Assembly (NCBI RefSeq): GCF_018977255.1
Contig: NW_024704742.1
Coordinates: 36,768,001 to 36,832,000 of the forward strand
Direction of reading: 5' to 3'
DNA: 64,000 bases
Source: Callorhinchus milii
Taxonomy: Eukaryota
A program made the position numbers and the translations under genes. A model generated the notes under the pieces. The model was not told where the DNA came from. It did not search any database and saw only the letters and a list, made by a program, of their open reading frames with translations. Below are positions 34,258 to 48,689 of this stretch, in pieces. Within the stretch, counting starts at the first letter, position 1; each line of letters starts with the position of its first letter.

Positions 34258-36882
34258 TTGTTGGGATTGAGCATTCTGTCGGCTCAAGTTGAAAACAACA
34301 CTATGATAAGGACTTGATGGGCAATGTAGTCTGTTTTTGTGCTAATATTCTATGATTCTGATTCTAACTACAGTAGAAACAATGTTCAGGTCAGTCGATT
34401 CAAGACCTCGAGTGCCCCTATTAGTGAGGTTACGATCTTGATTGTGAAAAATACATATTGAAAGTGTCCTAAATGATGAGTTGCTCTTGTTACTAAGGCA
34501 CCCACAGGGTGAGATTCAAATGTAGCAAGATTTAAAATCATTCCAGAAATCTTTTAAGATGTGCTGATAATTGGAGTACACATTAACAATTAAGCAAAAA
34601 TACATCAATCTGCATGTTTGACTCTTTCTCCCACTCAAAATGCCTGAAGCCTGCTGTCACACAACTCCCAAATTCGATACAGATTGCCTCCAACACAACA
34701 TGGATTTTTCTGTTGTAATTTGTACAATCTATTAAGCATCCGATTCAGATTGTAGGTTAGGTTTCGTAATTGGTGACACCAGACATACTGTGAATTACTA
34801 CTGCCTTGATATCAGTGTCTCGACCAGCTACAAGGAGCTCACAGTCAACTGGGAACCAAGCAAACCAGACCAGAAAATCACTGGGAAGGAGGGAGTTAAA
34901 ATCTGAAGCAGGATTGCACTGTTCTTTGAACATTCCACCTGCCTGTAGAATTAAATCGAAGACGGCAGAATTGNATTAAAAAATACTACACTGAGACGAC
35001 TGTGTTGTTTTAACTCAATTTACCACAAAGTTTGGCTGTGGGCATGTCCGAATATTATAAATAATACATTCAGTTTGTTCAGCAGAACGTCTGATATTTT
35101 ATTCATTAGTCCAGCAGTAGAGGAGGCTGACAATACACCTTTATAGTGCTCTTTGGCTCTGTGTGTTATACCGTTAGAACAGCCACCAACCTTTAGAATA
35201 TCAGGAACAAAAATGCTGCTAAGTCCACGGCTGAGGATCACCAGACAAGGTAAGGTGGGTGATGTTTCTTTAGAGCTGTTGCTTGCTTGTTAAGGAATGT
35301 GCTACGGGGTGAACTCCTTGCTACAGTGCTTGTGATAAAGAGAAGTTGAAGTATGCAGTAGAGATTGAATGGCAGATTCTGCAGTGTTATTGATTGTCGA
35401 TTTGTTAATGATGAATTTACATAAGGAATGTTGACTGTTCCACACAGTTCAGGGTGGTGAATCTTTTGAAATGAAGATTTACTTTGTGAGTAATTGCATA
35501 ACGAGGCAAAATTACATGAACACATTGAACTAACAGTAGCATCTTAATTCTTTGAGTGGTAGTTTAGCATTGCAGATTTATTTCTGCACAACCCTGCATG
35601 TCAAATAACAGTGCGAACAATTTAGGTGCTATATGTATGAGTTCACTGGCTGAGTGCATATCGTGGATTCTGGAGTGATAGCTATTAACTATGAGCATCT
35701 GAAGGTTCTGACTAGATTCAATTCAAATGCTCAGACACCAAAATCGAACCAGAGTTTTGGCTCTTTTGCAATCTGATCCTGTTAAATACCCATTTTACTC
35801 TCCATAAATAGAATGTTTATTAGCCGTAAAGGTTCAAAGCAAATCCCTGTACTGTCATTCAAATGCACCAAAATAAATTGAAAATGGTAAGCAAAAGATT
35901 GGGGTTGAAAAGGCCCCCTTCAGGAAAGCAATAGCATTACCGGTGCCTTGTCACCAGAATAGGTGTTGGGGGTATAAATTGTGTCTCTTGCAGGGACCCA
36001 CAAAGCCTTGGCTCTGAGTTGTTTAGAACACTCCTGGAAGCTACTCTGCGTAAAGGGCACTATACAAAGTTTTTGTTGTTCTTGGGTTAGGGCTCAGGTC
36101 TTACAAGTTGACTTGACATATGGGAGGAGGTGGTGGTGGTGGGGGGGTCCTTGCTTGAGCCATCAAGTGGCACTTTGTCTGGTGGCAAAGATGCTACAGT
36201 TTGCCTGAGCAGCACGTATTCATCTCAATTCTTGCAATATTTTATGATTGCAATATGGTTCCCACTATTTTTCAATAGTTTTATAGGGGCACTCAAATAC
36301 GTTCCCTTTTGACTTTCATGTTTCAGCAGGTCGGTCACTGCTCAGCTAGGAAGCAAAGACTTGAAATAAAAATCAAAGGACCAACTTTTCGTTGAAAATC
36401 CACAGAGTTGCATCATAAAATTCAACTTGTGCTTTGCAGCTAATTATTCATCGAGACAGTTACTGGGTGTTATTGAATTTGCAGCTGCAGTACTTTTAAG
36501 TCAAGAGTGAATTCCTTTCAGCATTATTTATTCATGTGGATGATAAGCATTTGTCAATGGAATCCATGCCAACCAGTATCCACATGTCTCTCAGGTGGTC
36601 TGAGTCTCAGGCTAGTCCCATTCTACTGTTGAATGTAATTTGAGAGTACTTCCAACAATGAAGTGATTCAGATCAGGAATTGGTATTTATATTTTCGGCA
36701 CTGAAGCATTGTGTGCTGAGAGCTTGGGAGAGTTTGGAATACATTCAAATAATATTTGATATTCACTTCAGGAGGAAGTTAATCTCCGGTGTTGTTTGGG
36801 GGACTGTTGGCCAGAACACCAAGAGAAACCCCCTTCATTTTTCAAATAGTGTCATCGGATTTTTGACGTCAACCTGAAAAGA

Positions 36883-37740
36883 CACTGGTAAAATGGACAG
36901 ACATGTGGCAGATGAATTTTAATGTGGAGAAATGCGAAGTGATGCATTTTGGAAGGAAGAGTGAGGAAAGATAATATAAGCTGATGGTAGAATCTTAAAA
37001 TGGGTGAAGGAACAGAGAGACCTGGGGGTTCATATAAGTAAATCTTCGAAGGTGGCAGGACAGGTAGATAAAGCTGTTAAAAAGCATACAGTATACTAGG
37101 CTTTATAAACAGGGGCATAGAATACAAAAGTCAGGAAGTTATGATGAACCTTTATAAAACACTGGTTAGGCCTCAGCGAGAGTACTGTGTTCAGTTCTGA
37201 GCACCACACTTTAGGAAGGATGTCAAGGCGCTGGAGAGGGTGCAAAGAAGATTTATCAGGATGGTACCAGGAATGAGGGATTTCAGTTATCAGGAGAGGC
37301 TAGAGAAGCTAGGATTATTCTCCTTGGGGCAGAGAAGTTTAAGAGGAGATTTAATAGAAGTTTTCAGAGTTATGAGGGGATTCAATAGGGTGAACAAGGA
37401 GAAACTATTTCTACTGGCGGGTGGATCGGTAACCCGAGGACACCGATTTAAAATGTTAAAAGAAACAGAGGGGAGGTGAGGTGAGGAGAAATGCTTTCAC
37501 ACAGCGAGTTATTGGGATCTGGAATGCATTGCCTGAAAGGCTGGTGGAAGCCGATTCGATAACAACTTTTAAGAAAGAAGTAGATAATTATTTAGGGAGG
37601 ACAAGTTTGCAGGGCTATGGGGAGAGAGTGGGGGAGTGGGATTGATTTGAAAGCTCTTTTCAAAGAGCCAGCACAGACATAATAGGCCGAATGGCCTCCT
37701 TCTGTGCTGTATAATCTATGATTCTATGAATTCTATGATA
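36883..37740 (+). mobile_element. CR1 LINE 3' fragment with (ATTCTATG)n tail
   Basis: WQMNFNVEKCEVMHFG..QRRFIRMVPGM..LRGDLIEVF..TRGHRFK; ends ATCTATGATTCTATGAATTCTATGA. Confidence 0.92.
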
Positions 37741-38175
37741 CTCTGCTCACCAGTCTTCCCAACTCTTCTCTCCACAACCTGCAGATTATTCAAAACTCTG
37801 CAGCTCGTATTTTCTCCTGCACCAGACTCTGCAAGCCTATCACCCCAAATCCTTGCCCGGATACACTGTTTTCCCATCACCCAGAAAATTGATTCAAGAT
37901 TCTTATCCTCACTCTACCTCTATTTTCTTCAAAAACCTTACCACCACTATTTTTCTTTCCAATCTGCAGGCACTGACCTGCTTCACCCCCACCCCCCACC
38001 ACCTATGCAAACCATAACCTTTCTGCCCTATTTTCTGGAACACTCAATCCCAAACTCCCTTCGCAATTCCCCTTCTCTTGCCTCCTTCAAGGTCAATTTC
38101 AAGACCTTCCTCTTTGACAGTGCCTTTGGTCATCTTCCTACCCCCACCTGCTTAGCTCCCCCCCTCTTGAATCCA
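37741..38175 (+). mobile_element. Old L2 3' fragment
   Basis: CTGCAGATTATTCAAAACTCTGCAGCTCG..PITQKID..FKTFLFDSAF. Confidence 0.75.
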
Positions 38176-38344
38176 TACTTTCAGATTGCAAAATTTGAGC
38201 CTATTTTATACTGAGCTTTTTTTTATCATATTGATTTGTCTTCCACAGAGTAGTATCAATAGAGCAGAAGCCCCGAGGGGATTTTTAGGCCATTTAGAAG
38301 CAGGGAGCACATCTGGTTTAATGCACAAAACAGATGTGAAACAC

Positions 38345-38497
38345 CTGCTGTGGGACACTGCTGTGCACAATTGGCTGCTGCGTTTCGCCCACAAAATATA
38401 CAGTCAATTCACTTTACAGTATATTCTGTGAAGCGCTTTGAGACATCACGAAGATGTGATAAGGCATTATATTAAATGGAAGGATTATTATTATTAA
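38345..38497 (+). mobile_element. Young SINE 3' part
   Basis: Deu domain plus tail. Confidence 0.85.
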
Positions 38498-39669
38498 TAT
38501 TATTTTTGTCATATTTATCCTATTCCATTTTGACTCAGCTTCAACAACAGTTTGTGGTAAGACATTCCACATTCTTATAAACAATCTTCTATCCTTTTTT
38601 AAGTTATTCATTCTCAATTTATGTCCCTTTGATTAACAATCAATGAAAATACAAGGTAACCCTGTTATAATGCTGCGTCCATATACTCTGACCCCATATT
38701 GATACAAAGCATGATAAAATGGCCGTTTTCTGGGTTGAGAGATCACTGCTGATATCACTTCCTGTGCGTTATGCAGCTCTTAGGCTGGTCCAGCAAGGTT
38801 CATAATAATGGTGTGTCCTACATTTTCCTATTTACCCTTTCAAAGCTGTTAAACATTTGAAACCTGTATTAGATCATCCCTTAACCTTTTTTGTTTCAGT
38901 GAAAACAGCCCATCTTTTCACATCTATACATATTTATAAGCTCTCAACTGTTGGTGCCATTTTAGAGTGAAACCCTCTCCATGACTATGATGTGCTTTCA
39001 AAACTGCACTCAGTAATCCGGCTCCAGCATAACCAATGTCCTGGTATGTCTCTTTGGTATTGGTTTGTAATAAATTTCTAAGGTTTGTTGGTCCTCTGTG
39101 TAGTGTAGAAATTTCGAAATGTGCTAAAATACTCTTTTTAAGAAATATTGAATGCTTGGAGGACAGTAGCCCCATACACCTCTTTTATGTGCTACAATAT
39201 TCCCCCCCTCCTTCAGTATTTTCCACAAGATCTCTTACAGATCATTGACCATGACTTGTATTATGGGGATAGATTCCCAGGAACTATGTGATCTCACATT
39301 CAACCATTGGTCATGGTGACAATGTTGAAGATAGCTGACTCATAGAATATCTAATGGGTTGTTTAAGGCTCAAATTGCATCCAGCAAACTAACTGGCTGA
39401 AAATAACATATGAAACAGTTTGGCACGTAAATCACACAACTGGAGCACTGACAGTAAGTGAAAGCTACTATTTATACAGTTTATAACTCTTACCTTTCCT
39501 CTAAAACTTAGGAAACCAGTAACCAAGATTGTTGCTGTTTCCAATAACATCTGATACAAAATGTTCTGTTTGGAAAGATTAAGTTCAAAAAGGTGCATAT
39601 TACAGAAAGGAGGTGGGAAGTTTGATTTTCAATTCTGGTTTAACAACTCGTTTGGTTTAACATCTCATC

Positions 39670-39930
39670 TTCCTTCGGCTGAGATGTTAAACTGAGGTCC
39701 CATCTGCCTGTTCAAGTGGACTTTACGTTTCTCCCAGGGTCCTGATCAGCAATCCACCAAATGAAATTGGTCATTCACTTTGTGGCTGCTTGTGAGACAT
39801 TGCTGTGCACATATTAGTTGCTGTGTTTCCCTACAAAATATACAGTCATACACTTTTCAATAAGTCCTGCAAAACACATTTGATATATGGTGTTCCCAAT
39901 GTGAACAGTATATATCAAATGCAAAAAATA
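39670..39930 (+). mobile_element. Older Deu-SINE fragment
   Basis: TGAGATGTTAAACTGAGGTCCCATCTGCCTGTTCAAGTGGAC..GACATTGCTGTGCAC. Confidence 0.7.
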
Positions 39931-40294
39931 TTAATATCATTATAAATCATACAATATCTTGCATTGACCATTCTCTTTCATATTAGATGAACTCAAGGGA
40001 GGTCAAAATGACTTTTACCTCAAGAACTAAAGGCACTACATAATATGCAATGATTTTCTTCTTTTTTGGCTACTCCCACATCATATGTGGCTATTCTATG
40101 TGCCATTCCTGTAAGATGGTGATTACTTTACTGTGTTTTCTTTTGTTCATCCATAGATTAAAATATACTACGAAACTTATGGATTTAATGATATTTTGTT
40201 TAATAGTTACTTTCTAAAGTGTGTGTGAAATATTTCTTCATGCTGGTTTTATCATTTTTCTTCCTGAATCCAACTTGATCATGTTTGTTCAACG

Positions 40295-40608
40295 TGGGCA
40301 GGCTCCAGCCTGCTTCACATCCCCACCTCACCCGCCCCACCATTGGCGGGTGGGCCTGTAGCTACTCTGCCCCCACCCTCTGGAACTCCATCCCGTAGTC
40401 CCTCCACCTCACCCCTTCCTTGCCTCTTTCAAGACCCATCTCAAGACCCTCCTTTTCGACCGTGCTTTCGATCACCCTCCTTCCCCCCCCGGCCCCCCAC
40501 CCTCCCCAATCCCGACTCCCAGCTCGGGTCCGAAACACTGACTGCTCAGCGCCTTGGGATGTCCTTCCGTCATGAAAGGCACTATACAAATGTAATTTTG
40601 TTGTTGTT
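40295..40608 (+). mobile_element. L2 LINE 3' end (family 'a')
   Basis: Matches the reverse complement of 1043-1360. Confidence 0.9.
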
Positions 40609-42548
40609 TGACCTCTAATTTATAGAAATCCCTGTAGGTATGGGGATGCTCAGATTGGAAGTAGGATTTTATCTTACAACATTGATCTCTTCCTTAATCG
40701 ATGCAGCGAATGGAAAAGATTGTCTGCATATATAAGATGTAAAGGTGCATTGGGCATGTGTTAAAGAATATATCGGTGTAAAAAAAACAACAAAGGTTTG
40801 ATTGAGCTGTAATAATAGATTCAATATACATTATCTTATGAAACTGAAGGTAGACTGGGAGATCAGTGCATGAGAGCAAAGTACAGAGATGCCCAATGTC
40901 TTAGTCTTTCAGCCATCCTATGGTTTGCCACTACAGAGCATGCAGATGTCTGACACTGATTCAGATTTGGAGACACTTAGCCCAAATTTATGCTTCATGT
41001 GCCACTGTATCTGCAGTGTGTTTCGCAGGACAGCAGCTCTGCTACAACCAATTCAGCATAAATATATCTTGAGGATTTTTTAAATTAAAAATTGATTCAT
41101 TCCAAATATCTAGTTGAATTTAATTCTTTGTTTCAAAGCCAAATAATGATGGAACTTTTAATTTATCAGCAACGTGCCTCATCGTCTAAATATTACTACT
41201 CAGATTGAGGAATAATAGTCTTAAGCCCAAATGAACAGTCTGCATGGGATACTACTGCTGCATTATTTCATCATGATTTGCCATGCATTGCTTTTATTGC
41301 TTTTATTTCTATTAACCATAATAGATTGGGTTCTAACTGGTGCTGTTTGTTATCAGAAATCATTTGCTTATGACAGTTGCAGCTGATTGCTAGGATTTGT
41401 AGGTTGAGAAAAATATTAAATTTCAGAGAAGAGCTGGTTGTTGATTCACATTCAGTTTAAATCAGCAGTCATCGTGCAATAAGTACTATACTGATCCAAG
41501 TCGTAGATTCTTCTCAGGAGTGAATGTAATGTAGTTAGTCTGTGTAATAATGTTCTTGCTCCTGTTGAAGGCTATGGATAGAGCTGAAAGCCTTGAGGAA
41601 AATTCATTACTTCAATCTCATCGACTGGTGGCTGGAGATTAATTTTCAGATTCACAGAGGTATTGCGAACAGTATGTGACACGATTTAACTAGCGTGCTC
41701 AAAGAAAAAAAAACTCCAAACTAAAATTGCAAGAGAAACTTTCAGCATCATCCTCCTGATGGTATCATGACCTGCAATCGAGTTACTGCAACCCTACTAC
41801 CCTGGCTGCTCCCTCTACCCAGCAAACACCAGACTGCTTCATGTTCGCTGCTTGATCTATCCTGCTATCTTGGCTGACTTTTCAGCCATTTTGCTCCCGC
41901 TATCTGAAACTCCATCCCAGATACCTTGGTACACCCCTTCCCTCCCCACTTTGAAAGCCCGCTTTCTTTTCAACTTTTCGGGCATAGGTTCCCCAACCCC
42001 TGATCTGGCTCCTTGTGAAGTGCTTTGAGCTCAAGTGGGTGGTGGTGGGGTTTGGGGGATTTCTGTTGATTAACATTTTAGAGCATCCAGTATTTGGCAA
42101 CTTCTTAAACACAGTGTCAATTTTGAGTCTTGCTTGCTTTGTGGAAGTTCTTTCAAGATTCTGTCTACAATTTCCCCTTTTCGTTCAGAGAAGTGAAAGA
42201 GCACTTTGTAAGCACCCAACTAGTCAAACAGTTACAGCTGTGAAGTCTATTTCAGTTATGTTGTGTCTATTATAGAGACAAGTGAAAGAGCTCTCGAGTT
42301 CCCTTTCACCCCTCAAGTTTCGAAAACAATACAAATATAGTATCTCTCACGAGGGGAAAATCACTTATTTTGGACAGCCGGGTGTCTGCCTGAAACAAAA
42401 ATTATGCTTAACACCACCACCAACATGTGACGAGAAACTCCCTTCTCTTTTCGAATTGTGCTGTGGGATCTCGAAGTCCACCTGAACAGATACACAGAAC
42501 TTTAGTTTTCATCTGAAAGACGGTTAAGACATTAAACCAAAATTTAAT

Positions 42549-42901
42549 GTGGAGTCTTGTAGATTAGTGGTTAGAGTGTTCGCCTCGTAAGTGAGAGGAC
42601 CTGGGTTCGATTCCCGGCAGGGTGAAAAGTTGGGCAAGTTTCCTTACTCCATATGCCTCTGTTTACCTAGCAGTAAGTAGGAACCCGGTTGTTAGTCGAT
42701 TGGCAGATCCCTTTTCTCTTTTAAAAAAATTGTCACTCAATTCACAACTGTTTGTGGGACACTGCTGTGTGCAATTGGCTGCCGCGTTTCTCCCACAAAA
42801 CATAGTAAAATCACTTTACAGTATATTCTGTGAAGCACTTTGAGACGTCTCAAAGATGTGATAAGGCGTTATATCAAATGCAAGGATTATTATTATTATT
42901 A
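42549..42901 (+). mobile_element. Young SINE, long subfamily, inserted into an older minus-strand Deu-SINE (about 42440-43050)
   Basis: Head with GGGTTCGATTCCCGG, long-type segment and tail. The flanks TCATCTGAAAGACGG.. and ..CACCTCTGACAATGCAGC are adjacent in the old SINE (compare 15531-15560). Confidence 0.9.
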
Positions 42902-43264
42902 ATATTTTAATCCCACCTCTGACAATGCAGCGCTGCCCAGCATTGCACTGAAGTGTCAGCCTAGACTGTGAGTTTAAATTACTGACCTAGGGTTTGAACC
43001 CAGGTCAGGTTTGAATCTTCTGACTCAAAGGAGGGAGTTTTACCTGAGCATTATAGTGAACACTAAGCCGATTTGGAAAATTTAAACTTTCCATGGTCTG
43101 AATTCCAATTTTATATAAAACTTGAAGAAATTAATTTGCAGCATTTCATAAAAAGTTCCTCATGATAATCATAAACTGCAAATTTCACTCTTTCACCTCA
43201 ATAGTATCACTCTATATAGATGTGTATATAATAATACAATATAATAATCCTTGCATTTCATATA

Positions 43265-43775
43265 CAACAACAACAACAAAATTACATTTGTATAGCACCT
43301 TTCACGTCAGGAGGATTTCCCAAGGCGTTGGACAGACAGAGCTACGGACCCGAGCTGGGGGTCAGGGTCAGGGAGGGTGGAGGACGGGGGGAGAGGGGGG
43401 GGAAGCAGAGAGATCTAAAGCACGGACGAAGAGGAGGGTCTTGAGATGGGTCTTGAAAGTGGCGAGGGAGGGGGCGAGGTGGAGGGACTGCGGGATGGAG
43501 TTCCAGAGGATGGGGGCAGAGTGGCAGAAGGTCCGCCTGCCAATAGTGGGGCGAGCAAGGCGGGGGTCGAGAAACAGGCCAGAGCCCGCTGAGTGGAGGG
43601 AGCGAACAGGATGGTAGGGGGTTAGGAAGTCACAGAGGTAGGGGGAGCAGGACCATGGAGGCCTTTGAAGGTGAGGGGCAGGATCTTGAACTGTATCCTC
43701 TGTGTGATGGGAAACAAGTGGAGTTGGGCAAGGATAGTGGTGATAGGGTCGCGGAGCCTAGTGCGGGAGAAGACT
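43265..43775 (-). mobile_element. L2 LINE 3' fragment (family 'a') inserted into a SINE tail (43240-43264 / 43776-43860)
   Basis: Colinear with 1043-1545; the SINE tail ..CCTTGCATTTCATATA | TATAGCACCTTATCACG is split around it. Confidence 0.88.
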
Positions 43776-43864
43776 TTGTATAGCACCTTATCACGTCTTT
43801 GAGACGTCTCAAAGCATTACACAGAATAAACTGTAAAGTGAACTGACTGTATATTTTGTAAATT

Positions 43865-44570
43865 CTGCCTCACAGCAAGTGCGGTGACTTGTTCAACTCT
43901 CAACTCGTACTTTGACCCATTCAACTTTACCCCACCTCCACAATATTGCCCACCTCTGCCACACCCCTTAGCTATACATTCATCATGTTCATTCAAGACT
44001 ATGCCAACTCTCTGCTTGCCAGATTTCCCAACTCTTTCCCAACTTCCCTCCACAAGCTGTAGACCATCCAGAAATCTGAAGATCATGTCCTATCCCACAG
44101 TATTCTCTGGAAACCTTCCTTTCCCTGCTCCATTGGCTCCCCGCATCTCAGAGGATTGAGTTCAAGATTCTTCACTTTTCAATCCCTCTGGGTCTTGCCA
44201 CATCCCATCTCTGTGACCTTCGTAAACTGTACCAACCTTTCTTCTCCCTCTGCTTGTCAGGCAGTTACCTGCTTCACATTCCCCACCCTGCCCATCCCAC
44301 CATTGGGGATGAAGCTTTCAGCCTATGTGCCCCCACTCTCTGTAACTTCATCCCAGAATCCCTTCACCTCGCCCCTTTCCTCACCATCTTCAAGTTCAGT
44401 TTCAACACTTTCCTCTTTGACCATGCCTTCAGTTGTCTTCCCACCCCTACCTTCCTTAGCCCGCACCCCTCCCAAATCCAATCCCTGGCTTGGGTATAAA
44501 CCCTCGCCTGTCCAGCACCTCGGGACGTCTTCCTGATGTGAAAGGTGCTATTTGAATGCAATTTGTTGGT
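43865..44570 (+). mobile_element. Older L2 3' fragment
   Basis: GACTATGCCAACTCTCTGCTTG..CATTGGCTCCC..AFSLCAPTL..NTFLFDHAF, then tail. Confidence 0.8.
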
Positions 44571-45879
44571 AATTTCTAAACGTTTTGTCTAAGAACCCCA
44601 GCATCCCCCCCAACAAACAAAGTAAAACTGTTTTCGTGAGACCAATGTGCTGAATGAATCTCGCTATGTGGGACAGACCATCTGGGGAATGGGCTATTGA
44701 TGCAGAAGGTGGCACATCCACCATAAAAATGGTGATATTTATACTTGCATGTTGTTTAAAGCTACCCTAGTGACATGGCCTTAATAAGATTGATGTCCCC
44801 GGGAATGAACTTTACCCAGGAACCACAACACGCTGGCGGCATCAATTACCAATATCTCTTAACAGAATAAATGCCATGGCAACCCACTTGGTGAGCACAG
44901 ACTGTTCAACCCAGAGGGAAGAGAAGCAGCTAAGAATCATTTACAGTGATTATATGTGGAGAAGAATGAGTATTGTAACAAAAATAATGCTTGATGCTTC
45001 TTTAACATGTACCTCGCTGAATATGGTGGTACTCGATATAGTTATTGTGAGAATAACAAAGACCCATTTACTAGCTCTCTCAGATTTAAGGGACATGTAG
45101 AGATTTTATAACAGAATTTTAGACATTTCAACACAGGGGTTGGTTGGAATGTGTCACAAACCATAATTGAAGCCGACTCTATAATTTTGTTTTTAAATAA
45201 AAGAGAATTAGATAGATGCTCAAAAAGATGAAATGGCATGGTGAGTGAGCAGGAGTTTACCCACAAAGTACTGGATGGTGTGATGGGCTAGTGTACTGGA
45301 TGGATTAAATACACATTGTTGCTTTAACTCCTAGAATGTTTTTGATCTGTTTATACCTTTACTCCATTTCACCATCTTCTCATGCAAAGGAATACTGCTA
45401 CTTCTGAAAACTATAGGGCTCTAGATGACATGGAACAAAATATGTAACGTGTGACACTATCAGTGATGACACATTGACCAAAAATATAGTCAAAAAAGAA
45501 GTCAATAATTTGCTGGGGGGGTGCGCGAGGGGGAGTTCCATCCCTTGAAGGGTGATGGTTAACTGCATTTTGTGGTTAATTTGATAATTATCACCAGTGA
45601 TAACATCACATGCCGTAATTTCACTTATCCTTACATTGTTTTTATTAGTGGCTTTCCCCATGCTAATCAATGATCTTTTTAATATGTTTTGATATGTCTG
45701 GGGGCTGTCATCACCAAAATTCTCCATTAAAACAATGTTGTAGTTCTCCAAATCAGATGTGAAACTTGGATCTTAAAGGCTGTCACTCCATCAAAAGTAA
45801 AATTATGCCAAATCAGTGTGAAAATGGTTTGGCAATGTTGCTTAGTCATTATACCATTAAAATTACAGTCCTGTTGGTG

Positions 45880-46037
45880 TCCCCTCTTCCCTTCATCTCC
45901 CAGTCACCTGTGTGAAGCACTTCAGTGCTTTGGGATGTCCTCCTGACGTGAAAGGTGCTCTATACATGTAATTTTGTTGTTGTTGTTAAAGACATCCTCC
46001 TGATGTGACAGGTGATATATAAATGTAAATTGCTGTT
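45880..46037 (+). mobile_element. Two tandem very short L2 tails
   Basis: GGGATGTCCTCCTGACGTGAAAGGTGC..GTTGTTG followed by GACATCCTCCTGATGTGACAGGTG..TTGCTGTT. Confidence 0.7.
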
Positions 46038-48689
46038 CTGTGACAAAGAGAAGAGCAATGGCAATAGAACAATAAAATATGTTCTGAATGTCTGATAGTA
46101 GTGACCCACCTTACATTATACTATTACATTCAAATACCCACATTATTCTGTTGCACAAGAACTTAAAGCTATCACTTTTAACATATGCTGGTTCCAGGCT
46201 GAATGTGAATCGATGTATGTGCCATTAATATGCCTTTAATAAACATTGCTACATGGGAATAGAGAATGGGTTCAAGCATGACACTGATGGATGGAGAGAT
46301 AAATGGAGATTGAATGTATCAATTGAGCTTGCTCTTAAAACGTGGTCTTTTTCCACAACTTTCCTACTCTCTCATCCAGCACGACTACTGGGCTTAATGG
46401 TCTTTCAGCTAATGCAGCTTAAAGCCTTTTAGAAAATCAGTGTTTCTGCCTCTGTTATGTCAGTGGTGTCAGTGCAACACCCTCACAGCACTATTTGTGT
46501 AGCATTATGAGCAGCCAACATTCCTCCTCGTATTGCATTCGCGGGTATGGAGGGGGAGAAGGGGGGAGGCAGAGCTAAATGCATGAATGAAGTGAGATTT
46601 GAGATTTACTGGCCTTGTATATGTTCTGCTGTTTGAAAAGACCTGATGAGCCAGTTTCTAAAAAAAACACGTACCGAGGATGGGCGTTGTGCCAGCTGAA
46701 GCTTATACAGTGGCTATTGCGGAGTAATTTGATCAGGGTTCAGCTTTCTCACCAGATCCTCAAGCTGAGGTCACATCATCAGTGGTGCTGTTACTCTGTG
46801 CTTTTGGGCTTGGATTTATCACGCATCACAGGCCCCAACAGTGCAGTGTAATGGGAGTACTGCATTAATCACAGTATTTAACTGCATAACTCACCAGCTG
46901 TGAGCCAGTAACACCTAATTTTTCATTAGAAGCCCATTATTTGCAGTGGAGATTGAAAGTTATTTACTAGTAACAGAGTGGTGTGCTACTGCCTGTTGAC
47001 TGTGACATATTTGATGGCTTGATAAAGTAATGAGTCTTTGGTGGTTTGAGAATTAAGGGATTTGATGCAACTTCTGAAACAAACTCTCCAGTGTGTCTCC
47101 CACACAAACTCATAAATACTTTCTTTTGTTCAGACCTAAATTCTGCTTTGAGTGATTGCGGCTTCTCGAAGCCTCTCGATCAGCAGCATAAATTCTAGGC
47201 CACAAAGGGGATTAAGCAGAGCGAGGTGAAATTGTGAAGAATTTCTTCTTGTGTTTTGTGGGACTGATTTACACCGGACTATTAAGGTGTTACTCAACCT
47301 CAATTTTAGGGTGGGATGGGTGGGGGTGGGGCACGGGCAGGCTGATATCAATTCCATCTTACAACAAACTGGATTCACATTTAGATTTATTGCTGTAAAC
47401 TGCTATAATAGTAAATCTGTGAAAGGGGTTTAATACTGTAATGTGTTAGATATTATTCATCACTCTTGCATGAGTTCCTTTGCAAAGCAAACACTGCTGT
47501 TTGAAAACTATAGAGTCCAAAACTGCAAAGCACTGTAAGTAGCTCTGGCTTTCTCTGCTTCTGAGGTTCAGATGAAGCATTTCCAGCAAGGAGTGGACAT
47601 GGTGCCATTAACAAATTTGAGTTAAGTGCAGTGCAGATGGAAAAGTTATTCCTCACACTCACTTCTAAATCTCCAGCCATATTCACAAGTGGGCTGAAGT
47701 CATAACTCACAAGCAAGTTGCTAAGATTTTGAGTGGGAGGATGATTTGAATGGAGCATTCTTTTTGGTTTGAGCTGGCTTTTGCCAGAGATTCTCCTTGA
47801 GTTTTCTGGCCATGCAACCTGTGCCTAACTTCATCATTGTCTCCCCAGCGCTCAATTACGTTTGTTTTCAATTTTTTAAAGAAACATTTATCTTCAGAGC
47901 AATGTCTGCAGCTATATTTGATCATAGAGAGAGTGGAATGGGGTGGGAGAAACAAGAGATCTGAGCTTGATCCTGTATTCACATGACATTCACATGACCA
48001 AGGTTTCCAATGGTCATGAATGGACAGCAATCAGAAGCAACACTGCTACTGACTTGAGATCAGCAAGCTCAGTACAGTTACCTTGAACCTTTGAAAATAC
48101 TATATTCCTGTATTCCTGAATTGCGATCAAACAGTATGTTTACAAGATTGTTCATCTCACCCCAAACAAAAAGGACACTTTTATAAGTAAGTCCCAGTGC
48201 TAGTGTGAATTCATGGTATAATGCTGATAGTTTCATATATGGGAACTCTTGTTTATATTCAGCACTGAACACTATGTGTAAATTAAAACCTGCCTACCAC
48301 TTCAAGGTAGGATTTCATTTTCAGTGTCATCACCACTTATTTTTCAATAGTACAGGAACCCAGTGAGATCTGTATTGGAGGTGGGTCTCCTTGTGAATAT
48401 CCAATATTAATTGATGCAGGATGTGAAGGTTGTGAGATCAAAGACTGAGGAAGAACAAAATCAATTTACATTAAAATTTACATTTGTATACCACCTTATG
48501 TAATGTTGGGATGCCTCAAATGAGTGAATTCAGATCTTCCTCACTGAAAATAAGAAGACTATAGATTGTGACAAAGAGAAGACAATTAAAGAGAGTGAAT
48601 GAAATAAACAGGACAGCGTAACGTGGAAGGGAGAGAAGAAAGTCATGGGTACAGTTGAGGGAACAGGCAAAGACACCAGGGGCTCGAAA

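Noticed and set aside
38650..38825. Tigger-like MITE start TACAAGGTAACCCTGTTATAATGC inside a decayed minus-strand CR1
   Set aside because: Right TIR too degenerate to confirm by eye.
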